This document shows positions 50,759 through 62,908 of a DNA stretch of 64,000 nt, one piece after another. Source of the DNA: Podarcis liolepis (Eukaryota); NCBI GenBank assembly GCA_965112155.1, contig OZ218101.1. One strand, 5' to 3'. Each line of letters opens with the position of its first letter. The stretch's first letter is position 1. The notes beneath the pieces are model-generated. The model was given only the letters and a program-made list of their open reading frames with translations. It ran no database searches and was not told the origin of the DNA. The position numbers were made by a program, and so were the translations under genes.

Positions 50759-51693
50759 TTTTAAACTAAGAAGCTGCTCTGCTGACACCTTTCAACTCAG
50801 ACCCAAGGTCTACAACATCCCTTGTTAGTTTCCAATTTTGGAGAAATACTGTCTGTTGATCCCTAGGACAGGCAATATCCAAAATGTTCCAAATAATACC
50901 TTTTTATAGTGTTTTTTATTTTTATTAAATTATTTCAGCATACAACAACAGTTTGCAGATAAATAATGAAATATCCTAGCCCAGAAGCTGGTGTTTAGGC
51001 AATACATGCATAATAACAGCCAAATAACACAAGTTTTTATCCCAATCTACTCTTTTACAGATGGTGATGAACAGTTTAGGTTAACCAAAAAGTTTTAAAG
51101 TGTGAGGGGACCTCTCTACTTTTGTTTTTAGCTGTGTGCATAATAAAACTGTCATTCATTTACAAAGGAGTCTTTGTGCTTCATTCTAATAATACCTTTT
51201 TATTGGATGAATTGCATTGGCAGGTAGCAGACTTCTGATATGTACTGAATTCTTTTTTAGATCCAATGGAAACTATATGAACCATTTCAGATATTGTTGC
51301 CTTTTTAAAAAGCAGCATCTAAACTAATATCCAATTCAATGCTTTGTTTGGATGCAAGGCATGTTATTGGCTTAAAATACAACTAGGTTGTTCTGTTTCT
51401 TTATTTGGATTGAAGCTGGTATGTGTGTACACCACTTCCCAAACCAGCAACAGGAGCACATGGGAGTAAATGGGAGTGTGTACACAACCACTGTACACCT
51501 CCAGTTTCTGATTGTCTTTTACATATGTAACACCCGTGTCTGAGAAATTAGCCAGTTGCCTGTCCTGGAGACGGTTGTACTCCCCTTGAAGGAGCAAGCA
51601 TACAGTCTGCAGACGCTTTGGGAACCAGCTTTTGTCACTGGAGGCACAGCTGACAATAATACACACAGAGCTTGCAACAGAGTCTATCACTCT

Positions 51694-52446
51694 TGTCAGA
51701 GCTGCTTGAAGATCCTAGCTCACAGAGGATCACGCTAGCCAGCGATCATTAAGTAAAAGTCTTTATTGAATTACAGTTTCCATTCTCACGCTGCTGCGCG
51801 CAACTCTACGTCTAGTAGCTAGATCGGCGAAGCTCCGTCTGAGTCTCCGCCCCGTGTGCACCAACTTAATATCCTAGCCTTGCTCCACCTTTTCCGCCTG
51901 ACTGTCCTCCTCTGGGTCCCTCTACCCCCCGGGGTTTCTTCCTTCCGGGATTCTTCTGACGCTGACCCGGACCCTCCTGCCTCCTTGCGCCGGGCTTTAG
52001 GACCTGGCTCCCTTTCGGGGCTGCTTACTGCGCCGCCTTCCTCTGCATTTGAACTTGGCGCGCGCGCCCAACCTTCCACTTTCCTCTTAACCGTTTCTTC
52101 GCTCCCCGATGGAGGTGTGGCCACTCCTGACTCATGCCCTCCCTCCTGTGGTGAGCTGCCAGCGCTTCCCCCCTGGCTCCCATCCTCTTCCCTGCTCCCT
52201 GGCGGTGACGTTGGTCCCGATTTCCAGCTGCTCCCCCCTGAGTCCCCTCTGGCTCTATCTTCCTGGGGTGCCCCCCTAGACTCCCCCCTTGCCCTGGCCA
52301 CTGGTGCTCCTTTCTGTGAATCCTCTGATTCACTGGAAAGACTAGGAGATCTCGGGTCGTCGTCATCACTCATCTTTTCTTCTGCCTCCTCCCCTTCGCT
52401 CTCTGTTTCCTCCCTTGCCCTTGCCTCTGCTCCTAAACCCCTGACA
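51694..52446 (-). mobile_element. Solo LTR (753 bp), probably Ty3/Gypsy
   Basis: TGTCAG...CTGACA inverted termini, 5-bp TSD ACTCT (51689-51693 and 52447-52451), minus-strand AATAAA at 51762-51767, CpG-rich so probably young. Confidence 0.88.
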
Positions 52447-52829
52447 ACTCTGCTGCTACAGATTAAGCCACATTGGTGTATGCGTTGGAGCTGTGGGACT
52501 GAAGGGAGAAAAGAATAAAAATACCACCCGCCAGGAAAACAAATTATTCTAAGGGCCTGGGTAAAAAGGTAACTAATCCATTAACTAGAGGCTTTGGAAA
52601 AAGCAAGAAAGTAGTGCAACTTCAAGTTATGGATGTGATTCTAACAGTGGGCCTTATACAGGCAGGTTGATGGTTTCTCATGATATGACAGATACTTGAA
52701 GCAAATCTGCAGTGACAAATATTTCAGTAATGTCTGAATGTAAGAACTAGAAATGTCTTTTGTCAGTTTGGCTGGTACAACAGCTACAGCCATTGCTGGA
52801 CTTGACCACAGTACAGTAGTAGTCCAGGC

Positions 52830-53340
52830 ACCGTTAAAGATTTGATTTCGTCAATGAACTCTATGTAAGGCTTCCCTTGTGCTTGGTCTGGAAACTGCAG
52901 TTAGTGCAGAATGCTGCACGACTGGTAACAGGAGTGAGACCCTGTCAGCATATTACACCTCTGCTCAGAGATCTGTACTGGCTGCTGGTTTGTTACTAGG
53001 TCAAATTCAAGGTGTTATTATTAGTATATAAAGCCTTCAACAGCTTGGGACCAGTTTGCTTGAAGGATCGCCTTACCCCATCTACGCCCATTTGACGGCT
53101 TCGATCTGTGCAGCTGGCACTTCTACGTGCCACATAATAACCATTCTGCACCTACACTCTGAAACGCCCTGCCAATTAATATTAGGCAAGTGCCATCACC
53201 ATGTTGTTTTCAGCACCTGCAACAGACGTTTTTGTTTTGGCAAGTCTGCCAAAGCATGCAACTTTAACATGCAATTTTATTATAAACCCTAAACAACATA
53301 GGCCCCAAATATCTGAAAGATGCTTCCAGCTCTACAGACC
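52830..53340 (+). mobile_element. Degraded L2-clade LINE 3' fragments
   Basis: KLQLVQNAARLVTG...HITPLLRDLYWL...FKVLLLVYKA motifs. Confidence 0.8.
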
Positions 53341-53399
53341 CTCTTAGGTATTAACCCTTTTGGTTCCACCACCCACCTGCAGTCTCTTGTGTGTATTTT

Positions 53400-54620
53400 T
53401 CAAGGCGAGGACATTCCTTGAGGACGTTTTCAAGGGAGAGGACATTCCATTATGATTTACAGTGTCGAAGGCCTTAGGTCAATAAACACCATATACAGGG
53501 GTTGGGCTTGCTCTCTGCATTTTTCTTGAAACTGCCGAGCAGTGAAAATCATACCCTCTGTCCCCTCCTAGAAGTTCAAAAACCATTTTGGGATTCAGGA
53601 AGGGTGCCCTCAGATATAGTTAGGAGAAGGTTTGCTAAGATCCTTCAATAATTTGTTAATAAAGAGATGCCTCAATATTTGCATGATACATTCTATCACC
53701 TTTTTTTAAAAAAAAGATTGATAATTTTGGCATCCCTAAAGTCTGCTGGGATCTCTTCTCTCGCCCATATTTTTCAGATGAGCTTGTGTGTAGTAAGTTC
53801 AATTCTGTTCACTTTGAAGACTTTGGCAGGTATCCCATCAAGTTCGAAGACTTTTTTGTTTTTCATTTGGTTAATGGCAGTACACAACTCTCCCAGATTT
53901 GGAGATACTGCAAGCTCATGTCTAATTTGTTTTTGCAGGGCCACCATTTTTATCTGTAAGCTGCCTTGAGTCCTTGGCAGGGAAAAAGGTAGAGAACAGC
54001 TGCCTGGATGCTTGTGGAGCGACAAGAGAAACATGAGAACAGTGATGACTAGATGCTCATTGCGGGCAGGTGGCGCTGTTACGTGAGTGAATATGGGGAA
54101 GAGTGTCATATCACCTAGGGATTCTTACAGTCTGCATATCTCATCTTTGTCCTTCATCTCCCAATGAAAAGCTCCCAGGGTCTCCATTCCAACTGCACCA
54201 GTTGTAGAACACAAGGTAGCCATTTGCAACGTTGCTCATCTTTTCTACAGTAGGGAGTTGCTCTGTAGTTTCAGTTCTGTTCCTTATGCCCTGGTTCATA
54301 TCCTGCATGCATGAGAGTCCTTACTGTTTGGCCAGCAGTGGCAATACCCAAAGACGAGTCTGCTATTGTGCTCCTCGTTGCTTTCCCTGGGATGTAGCGG
54401 AAGTTTGTTTGCAGTGGGGTTATAGCGGCCACCAGGGCCTCTGTTTTTGCACAGTACAGATTTACCCTATATCCCCTTGTACAAGGAATACTCCTGCGGC
54501 CTCGCAGATAAGGTAGTGATGTTAAGCCAATGCACATTTTGTCCCTATTCTGGTGGGAGATACTCTGTGGCCTTGAGTGCTTTCCACGTCTTTCTTTCCT
54601 TGGGGGAGTTGGAGTAAGTG
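53400..54620 (-). mobile_element. Degraded, rearranged RTE-clade LINE fragments
   Basis: PNLGELCTAINQMKNKK..DGIPAKVFK, DFRDAKII, LYMVFIDLRPST (RT FIDLxKAFD-like), with frameshifts. Confidence 0.7.
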
Positions 54621-54731
54621 CAGGTGCCATACTTTGAGGCATGGTCTCCCCTTCCATGCTTACCCGTGTGTCGTGGGGGAGTGCCTTGTTCTTAGACCAC
54701 CATTTGCAGGAGTGGAGATTTTTAATGGGTA

Positions 54732-54953
54732 CAGTAATACCTCCATGACCGTCCGCCTTGTCTAGCGTCCATTCTGGTGAACGTCCACGTTAAACCCGGA
54801 AGTACCGGAATGGGTTACTTCTAGGTTTGTTGCTTGCGCATGCATGGAAGCACAAACCGTTCCATGCACAGATGTGGCATTTTGCCCTGCGTCCTTTTCA
54901 GCTAGCAGCCGGGGCTCTGGAACGGATCCCGGCCGCAAAACAAGGTACGACTG
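54732..54953. mobile_element. Tigger/pogo-like MITE
   Basis: TA|CAGTAATACCT ... AGGTACGACTG|TA. Confidence 0.8.
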
Positions 54954-54955
54954 TA

Positions 54956-55208
54956 CAGTGGTGCCCTGCAAGACGAACGCCTCGCAAGACGGAAAACTTG
55001 CTAGACGAAAGGGTTTTTCGGTTTTGCGTTGCTTCGCTAGACGAATTTCCCTATGGGCTTGCTTCACAAGATGAAAACGTCTTGCGCTTTTTTTTTAAAG
55101 CCGCTTGAAGAGGCGCAGTTGCGACGGACTGTGCTTCGCAAGACGAAAAACATCGCAAGACGAAAAGACTCGCGGAACGAATTATTTTCGTCTTGCGAGG
55201 CACCACTG
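54956..55208. mobile_element. Tigger/pogo-like MITE, second family
   Basis: TA|CAGTGGTGCCCTGCAAGACGAA ... TTCGTCTTGCGAGGCACCACTG|TA with internal CGCAAGACG repeats. Confidence 0.88.
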
Positions 55209-56008
55209 TATTAGTGTCCTGACATGCGCTCACAGCAGCCTAAAGAACAAAAGATGAATAGAATCTGGTCATGTTTACAGACATTGGACCTTACATGTTG
55301 GCCTTTGGCAATCCAATATGTGGCTGTGTGATAGGACAGGCTTGCCTGCATGTAGGCTCTGAACCATTATCTGAACCATTACCTGCACCATTCTACTTTT
55401 TGTAACAGCATTTTAAGTTAACCAATGTGTTTTACAATCTTCTTATCCTCACGATGACATTGTCAAGCAGATCATAGTGCTGCTTGAACATTATAACAAA
55501 ACAAACAGTACTAGTCTCTTAAAAATACCGTGGCATGAACTGTCTTGGGCTAGACTCCACTTCACTAGATGCGTCATTCTTAGTAACCCACAAAAGCATA
55601 TTGTTACACTTGCTAGCTTTAAACTGCTGCTGGACTGCTGTCTTATTTCTGGTGTAAGCCATGGCTAGCTGGCTACCTCTTTGATTAAAAGTGTGTCAGA
55701 GTTGTGTACTCAGTATCATACAATGAGCCATATTCTGGTGGGCTGGTTTTGTTTTTTTAAAAGGTATAAGACAAGGCTCTTGCCAGTTGTATTACTGAGA
55801 AGGAAAATGTGCTGCCAATATTGTGCCCAATCAAAATGTGACACAACCTAAGTATTTTAAGTTGTATAGGAGGAGACACAATTAAGAATCATGAGCCTCA
55901 GAAATGAATAAATAGCATGAGCATGTACAAGAGTGTGCTTGCCTCCCCAACATAGAATTTGTTTGTATTTAATAACTTCAGCCTAAACCCTTAGTCAGCT
56001 ATGTGATA

Positions 56009-56342
56009 CAGTGGTACCCCGCAAGACAAATGCCTTGCAAGACGGAAAACCCGCAAGACGAAAGGGTTTTCTGTTTTGGAGGCGCTTCGCAAGACGAATT
56101 TCCCTATGGGCTTGCTTCGCAAGAAGAAAGCCCATAGGGAAATCTCCGGGGACCTCTTTTAAATGCTGGTGGTGGGGAGCAAAGCCTTTCCCCCCCTCCG
56201 GCCTTCAGAAGAGGTCCAGGAAGGCCGGCGGGGGCCGAAAGGCTTTGCTCCCCACCACCAGCATTTTAAAAGCAGTCCGGGATAGCAGGGAAGCGCTTCC
56301 CGCTATCGCGGACGGCTTTTGAAGGCAGGCGGGGGGGGGGGG
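56009..56342. mobile_element. Truncated copy of the 54956 MITE family
   Basis: TA|CAGTGGTACCCCGCAAGAC left end, internal GC-rich hairpin, ends in a G run with no right TIR. Confidence 0.75.
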
Positions 56343-56526
56343 CAAATCACATGGAATCACTTTTTTTTACCAAAATGCCAAGGGGAAAAAAGAAAAAAAA
56401 GATGAAAGTTGATTTAACAGCAACAAATAATTATTATTGTATTGCTAAGGCGGGGGGCGGGGCGGGAATCAGGACTCGGCTACATTGGCAAAGTAAAAGC
56501 GCTTTATATGCTGTCTAACACTGTGA

Positions 56527-56541
56527 CACCAGGTGGCGCTG
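56527..56541 (+). promoter_or_regulatory. CTCF-like motif
   Basis: CACCAGGTGGCGCTG, close to the CTCF core consensus. Confidence 0.6.
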
Positions 56542-56889
56542 TGGAGTTCTGTTTTTGCCAACCCGATTTCTCATACAAAGTTTAGAATACTTTTATGAAA
56601 TGCTTCTTTGATGTGTCTTGATCCAGGCTCAGTGTCTTACGTGTTCCAGTTCCCTAGAACAGCTCCAGTCTAGGTTTCACAAAAAACACAGGAACCTAGG
56701 CTCTGTGGCAGATTTTTGGTGAGCTATATCACACCTAATCATGGAGTTTGTGATTTGGTCACTATCATTTGCACACCTTACAATCACTACAATCGAGTTC
56801 TGCAATCTATCCGCCCAATGGCAGTTTGTACACATACACAATAAATGTCCCTAGGTCCAATCAAGCTATAAGTATGAGCACACACCCCT

Positions 56890-57267
56890 TCTCAGGTGGT
56901 ACGGGCAGAGAGTGGCAGCGGCAGTTGGGACTCACATGCCCCTCGGTGGGCTAAAGCCAGGCACCTCGGTGGGCTAGTGCCAGTCGCAGCAGACCGGCTG
57001 CATCTCCTGTTCCTCCTCCTAGCAGACCTTCTCGCTCTCTCATCCACGCTCCTCCCTCCCTCCCTGCTCCTCGCCGCCTTCTGACTCCCTCTCAGGGACC
57101 CCCTCGCCACACTGCCATCTTGGGAGCCGGTCCAGCCGAAACCAAGCAACATCTGGGAACGAGCCTGCTCCAAGCCAATTTTAGTAAGGTTGCGAATATA
57201 AGCTGCACTTTAACGTTTCACGCTCGGAATTTGGGGGAAAGTGAGGCTTATATTCAGGCCAATACAG
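56890..57267. mobile_element. Right half of a Tc2/pogo-like MITE
   Basis: Ends GCTTATATTCAGGCCAATACAG|TA with internal GAATATAAGC subterminal copy; left boundary approximate. Confidence 0.5.
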
Positions 57268-59187
57268 TATTTTTATATGACATTCTTGTTTCAGAGCATC
57301 AGCCTTTAAACCAACTTCCTACTATGCACCTGTATTACCAAGTTTCCAGCTCATACTGGTCAAAAAGAAATATACGTCCCAGCACATCTCTCCTTTCCTC
57401 TCAGCATAATTACCCTGTGACGTCCATCAGCTGTTCATGAGGGTTAGTTGTTGTAGAATTGACAGATTAGCATTTTAAAAAATTACTTGAATTCTCAATC
57501 TCCCAGTCATCAAACAAAAATGGTATAATTGTAGTAACAACAACAACATTTATTTTTTATTTTATTTTTTTACAAACAAGAGACTCGCAGTGTGTCCAGT
57601 GGTGTTCACTCACACAAACACGCAGGGCAGTGAAATGAAATGAGATAAGAGAACAGCAAGGCAGCACAGAGAAAGAAACACGAAGTCTTGGTTCTGCTGC
57701 TGTGTAGGTGTGGCCTTGGAAATGAGCTCGGACCATGTTCAGAGCAGATTTGTGCTTCTGATAGGTCTACCATGGCAGCAGCCCTGCTAATATTACGTAT
57801 GCCATGGCTGAATTGCCATCATGAGAACAGGAAGAAGGGAGAACTTGCGAAGCCAGGGCCAAGGAGCTTGCAGTTCTAGTAACATACAAATTTATCACCT
57901 GGCGTCAAGATGTCGCCAAATCCCTTGCAACTTATCAAATGGCATTTGATCTCTCCTGAGAGCTTGCAGTTCTTTGCATCTCTGCAATTGATTGCAGGCA
58001 ATTCAGAGGAGAACAACATGCACCAACAATACAGAGGCCAATTGTATGCCTTGTGTCCCTTCCAGGAATGATCTATCCAGCATGTACATAACAGCCTCCT
58101 GGCAGTGGCTGTCAGGAGTTCCTTTATGAAGGTTTGCCAAGAAAGGAACAATATCACATACCAGGGCAGCTTGTTGGCAAAACGGAAGGGGCTGCTTTGC
58201 CCTGCCGCCACCATCTACCTACTCCTGCCGCTGCTGCATCTGCTACTGGACCAAAATCAGTGCCAATGGTGGGGCACCCACGGAGGCATCTGCTGCCCGA
58301 AGCAGTGGTCTCATCCTGCCCTATAGCTGGGCCAGCTCTGCCACATACCATTTCAACAGATTTCCCTTCTTGACCCCTGCCTGTCCTGTCAGTAGCCTCC
58401 TTGAACAAGGAGGGACTTTCCAAAAAAAGGCCCCAGGAACCCCTCCATTTCAGCTTCCAGTGGGAAATGAGATGTCTTTGCATAAAGATCCCTGGTACCA
58501 TGTATTCTATTATCTAGATGTGTAGATTGTCCAGCACTTTTTATTGATATTTTCTTACTGATGTTTTATTGATCCTGCAATAATGTAAGTTGTTCACAGG
58601 CTTAATAAAAGTGTGGTGTATGCATAGATAAATAAATAATCACAGTAATCCCTGGGTAGTTTCCAGAACATCATAAAATTAACATCAGTTGCAAAAATAC
58701 ATGTCAGTTAAACCAACAATTAAAAGTATATTTTAAAGAAGCACAGAACAGTATAAAACCCTGCAATTTTTTTTAAAAGTCTCGCTGGTTCTCTCCAAAT
58801 GCCTGAGAGAGTAAGAATGTTTGGGGTTGATGTCAGAAGAGCTTCTGCAAGTAATTTGAGACTCTGCTGAGCTTGATGGAACAGTGTTTTGACTCAGGAT
58901 AAGGCAGCTACCCAGGTTCTTTGTATGCAGAAGTTATACAATAATTTCTGCTTGTTTTTATTTTTTCTCTAACAGAAACATGCCAGGTCAATTGTTATGT
59001 CAATCAATGTCAAAATGCATAAAGTATGAGACAGATTCAACTAACAGATCCCACTACTAGAAACCTGCACAAGGACATCCTGTAATGCAATAGGGTCCTA
59101 CTCAGAGTAAATCCATTGAAATCAATGAGCATGACTAACATGCCTATAAATTTCAGTGGGTCTACTCTGAGTAGGACTTGCATTGGC

Positions 59188-59235
<48 letters not shown>
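59188..59235. repeat. (AAT)16 microsatellite, probably the tail of a minus-strand retroposon fragment
   Basis: Read directly; adjacent TATACCCCGCCCATCTGGCTGG resembles a lacertid L2-type 3' end. Confidence 0.85.
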
Positions 59236-59240
<5 letters not shown>

Positions 59241-60358
59241 CTTGATAGTTATACCCCGCCCATCTGGCTGGACTTCCCCTCTTACAACTCTTCATTGACG
59301 GTTTTTACAATGCTACATGGGTGCATAGACCATTCTAATTTAGGATCATAATTCTACATCAAACAAATGCAAACTAAAATTATTTGTGGGAGGGAAAGGA
59401 AGTGTTAGAATTTTTTCATTTTGGTTAAAATAGTGCTATACCATCATTTTCTAAATGCATGGGAAAGTATGCAAAATATTCAGATGTACTGTATACATTT
59501 CCTCTTTTAAAAAAAATGTAAGAAGATTCAGCTGGGTGAAAGGAAAGCAGAGAAATCATTGGGTGGTAGCCAAAAAGCCATTTTTAAAGTAGGTACTGGA
59601 GAAGACAAAGTGGCTAAAAAAAATGATCTCATTGGGGTGGCATATTTTAAAATTTATAAACTAAAACTGCAAGGGAAGCTATAAGAGCAATGCATGCATT
59701 TGCCAAAGAGATCTGTTCTTTTAAGATGCATTTTTAATGCATGCATATTCCATGGCAACCTTATGGAAATCTCAGCAAATGTTCCAAATATAGCGTTTAC
59801 CCAATTCATCCTTAGGGTTTGTTTTTAAGTTCCCTTGTTTTTCCCTTCTTTATTTCCTTCTGGACCTCCCAAACACTTTAATGACAGCATTGATTTCATA
59901 GCACCTTCCCTGGAGGTTTAAGCGAGGGCTGCAATGCACTGGCAGTTTAAAGACCAAGGAACGTGAAGGGCTTCTCTCCTTTCATAAAGGTTACTTCTTA
60001 TAACACCACATTTATTGGGAGATGAAAAAGAAGAACTAATACCTGTCTGTTGGAAGCAGGAATCTTGTGAGTTTTCCCAGTGGAATGCGCCCCCCCCCGC
60101 CCCCGCTTCTTCTTATGCGACATTAATCTGGTGTCTGCTGCTTTGTTTTTGCTATGTGCTCTTGTAGGCACTTGGAGAACTATTGGGATTATCAGTGACT
60201 TCACCAGAGACCGAAACTTCAGCTGCTAAGAGGAAGAGGGAGTTTGCAACACCTAAACACCTTAAAAAGCAAAACAAAACTCCACGCACACATGGCAGAA
60301 AAATGATCTGAATGCATCCTATAGACAGTTGTGTGAGAAAGGGCACAGTATGCAAATA

Positions 60359-60425
60359 CAACAAAGGATCTTGTGGCACCTTCAAGTTCTTTGTTAATCT
60401 TTAATGTGCCATAGGACTTTTTGTT
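60359..60425. mobile_element. Penelope-like inverted-repeat remnant
   Basis: TCTTGTGGCACCTTCAAG and CTTTAATGTGCCATAGGA imperfect arms. Confidence 0.45.
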
Positions 60426-60733
60426 GTTGTTTCTGCTACCCTTCTGGGATTTGTACACAAAGAGCCACACACATGGCACTTTTGATGCAGGTACCCATCT
60501 GTATCCATGATGAGACCTTGATAGTCATTTTGGGAGGAAAGACTGGCCTTTCATGCTGTGTTGCCGCCATGATTCATTTGATATGTGCAGATAGACACCC
60601 CCCATAGGGATCCTGTTGAAATTTCTAGGCTCTTTAAGGAATATTGGAGGATTTACAATACTATATTAATCATAAACAAACCTTCGATTCCTGAGGTGAA
60701 TTTCAGCACCTGTTTTTCTAGAAAAATAGCACT

Positions 60734-60977
60734 GAAGAAGAAGAGTTTGGATTTGATACCCCACTTTATCACTACCCTAAGGAGTCTCAAAGTGGCTAAC
60801 ATTCTCCTTTCCCTTCCTCCCCCACAACAAACACTCTGTGAGGTGAGTGGGGCTGAGAGACTTCAAAGAAGTGTGATGAGCCCAAGGTCACCCAGCAGCT
60901 GCATGTGGAGGAGCGGGGAATCGAACCCGGTTCACCAGATTACGAGACTACCGCTCTTAACCACTACACCACACTGG
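60734..60977 (-). mobile_element. MIR/Ther1-derived squamate SINE (Squam3-like)
   Basis: Minus strand CCAGTGTGGTGTAGTGGTTAAGAGC A box, GGTTCGATTCC B box, GGGTGACCTTGGGC core, (CTT)n tail. Confidence 0.85.
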
Positions 60978-62484
60978 ATGTCCCTATTTCCATCAGAGAA
61001 ATATTGGAGGATATGCACTCATCAGAATCATGCATAACTGATGACTGTGAGAGGAACATGCATTTGCCAAGGAGAGGCTCCTTGCCCCTGTCTCCCCCCA
61101 TCCCGCCTTCTTCTGGGCCAAAAAGGACCTGCACATTGGCAATTGTGCATCAGTTGGATGCACCTAAAATGGACGCCGCCTGTGTATCCTGACCCCAGGA
61201 TACTCCACAACCCAGAAACTCTGGGAAATTGCAGTCAAATATCACTAGCAAGCTTAGGGCTAATTAATGCATGAAGGGGTTAAGATCACTGAACTGTATT
61301 GCTAGACTCAATTAAGTCACACCCCTCATATTTAGTGAAGGAGGAAGTGAACCTTTCTTCATTCTGTTCCACCATGTGGCGCCAACCAGGCAATATGTCT
61401 TGGCTCGACTGATTCAAGTTAAGACCATGTGTTCAGAAGAATTTTTCCGTATTTTGCAAACCCAATATTTCTGCCTATGTTCTTCTTGCTGCTGCTTTTT
61501 GCTGGAGCTTTTAAGCAAAGCATTTAAATTTATGAATGCTATGGTCTGTTCATTGCAAGAGGAATGGAGAAGGGAAGCACTGTAAGCAGACTAAATGGGA
61601 TATTTAAAGTGTCTGCAACCTGTGCTCCTCATGCTTCACTGTGCTGCACAATTTTGTAATTTTATGACTCTGCTGTGTAATTTTATGACTCTTGCTGAAT
61701 CCAGCCTTTTTATTATTATTAATTACCTCACACACAGGCGATTGTATTTATTGCACAGAAACCTCAGCCACCCCAACCAGAAACCTCAGCCACAAGCCAC
61801 AACAAACAACCTGAGGCATTCTCCACCCAGTGCCAGGACTACAGTTCCACAGCTGCTAATGGGACAGACCATAGTCGGGATGGAACTGCTGCAATAGAAC
61901 AACATGGGCTTTGAAGCCCAGAGTTTATATACCTCTTTAAACAAAAGCTTCAAAACCTGTTTCAGACTGAATATGTGCCCCCATGCCTTTTCCTATGGAC
62001 TAGTGTAGCCAGGATACTACTTGGCAGGGTGTGGTGGATTCCTGCCTTGTCAGGATACTCTTCTTCCTTTCCTTTGTGGAGCCCAAATGCATATGCAATC
62101 CTTTAGCCAGTGTAGATAAATGTAGACTCTTGACTAATAGGACCGCCCTCATTGAGAGGGGGCACTTTTTTGTAATGTTGGTCTGATTGGATCACATTCC
62201 CTGAGCTAAGGTAAACTTGGCTTATAGAGACAGGACATTTATCATGAAGCAATCAATGTAACTCTTTAGATACTTGTTTCCCGGATGCTTCCAGTTTGCC
62301 TCCTTTTTCTGAATAAACCAATTCCATTCTAAACTCTTACGAACACAGCTGAGGTAAAGCATATCCCAGGCTCCTGCAGCAAGCAGATGACCCAACAGTT
62401 TATTTATTAAATTTGTATCCCGCCCACCCACTCCAAGGTGCTCAGGGTGACAAAAAACAAGTGAATAAAAACACATTTGGGGGC

Positions 62485-62908
62485 AACATAGGAAGCTGCC
62501 TTATACTGAGTCAGACCATTGATCTACCGTATTTTTCCCTCTATAAGATGCACTAGACCACAAGACGCACCTAGTTTTTGGAGGAGGAAAACAAAACAAA
62601 CAAATTCTGAATCTCAGAAGCCAGAACAGCAAGAGGGATCGCTGTGCAGTGAAAGCAGCAATCCCTCTTGCTGTTCTGGCTTCTGGGATAGCTGCGCAGC
62701 CTGCATTCGCTCCATAAGACGCACACACATTTCCCCTTACTTTTTAGGAAGGAAAAAGTGAGTCTTATAGAGCAAAAAATACGGTATTTAGCTCAGTGTT
62801 GTCACTTGCTAGCAAATGCTCTCCAGGATTTCCAGTCTTTCCTGGAGACGCCAGGGATTGAACCTGGGGACTTCTGCATGCAAAGCAGATGCTCTACCAT
62901 TAAGCTAC
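62485..62908 (-). mobile_element. Squam2-like SINE interrupted by a MITE
   Basis: Minus-strand head TAGCTTAATGGTAGAGCATCTGCTTTGCATGCAGAAG..GGTTCAATCCCTGG, tail GACTCAGTATAAGGCAGCTTCC; colinear with 19798-19990. Confidence 0.8.
62527..62784. mobile_element. Tc2/pogo-like MITE, short form
   Basis: TA|CCGTATTTTTCCCTCTATAAGA ... TCTTATAGAGCAAAAAATACGG|TA. Confidence 0.88.

Noticed and set aside
58412-58421. Perfect NF-kB site GGGACTTTCC
   Set aside because: Isolated 10-mer with no supporting context; could be chance in 64 kb
60900-60977. tRNA-like sequences here and at about 4430-4509, 19798-19860 and 62845-62908
   Set aside because: These are SINE heads attached to SINE bodies and tails, not complete tRNA genes
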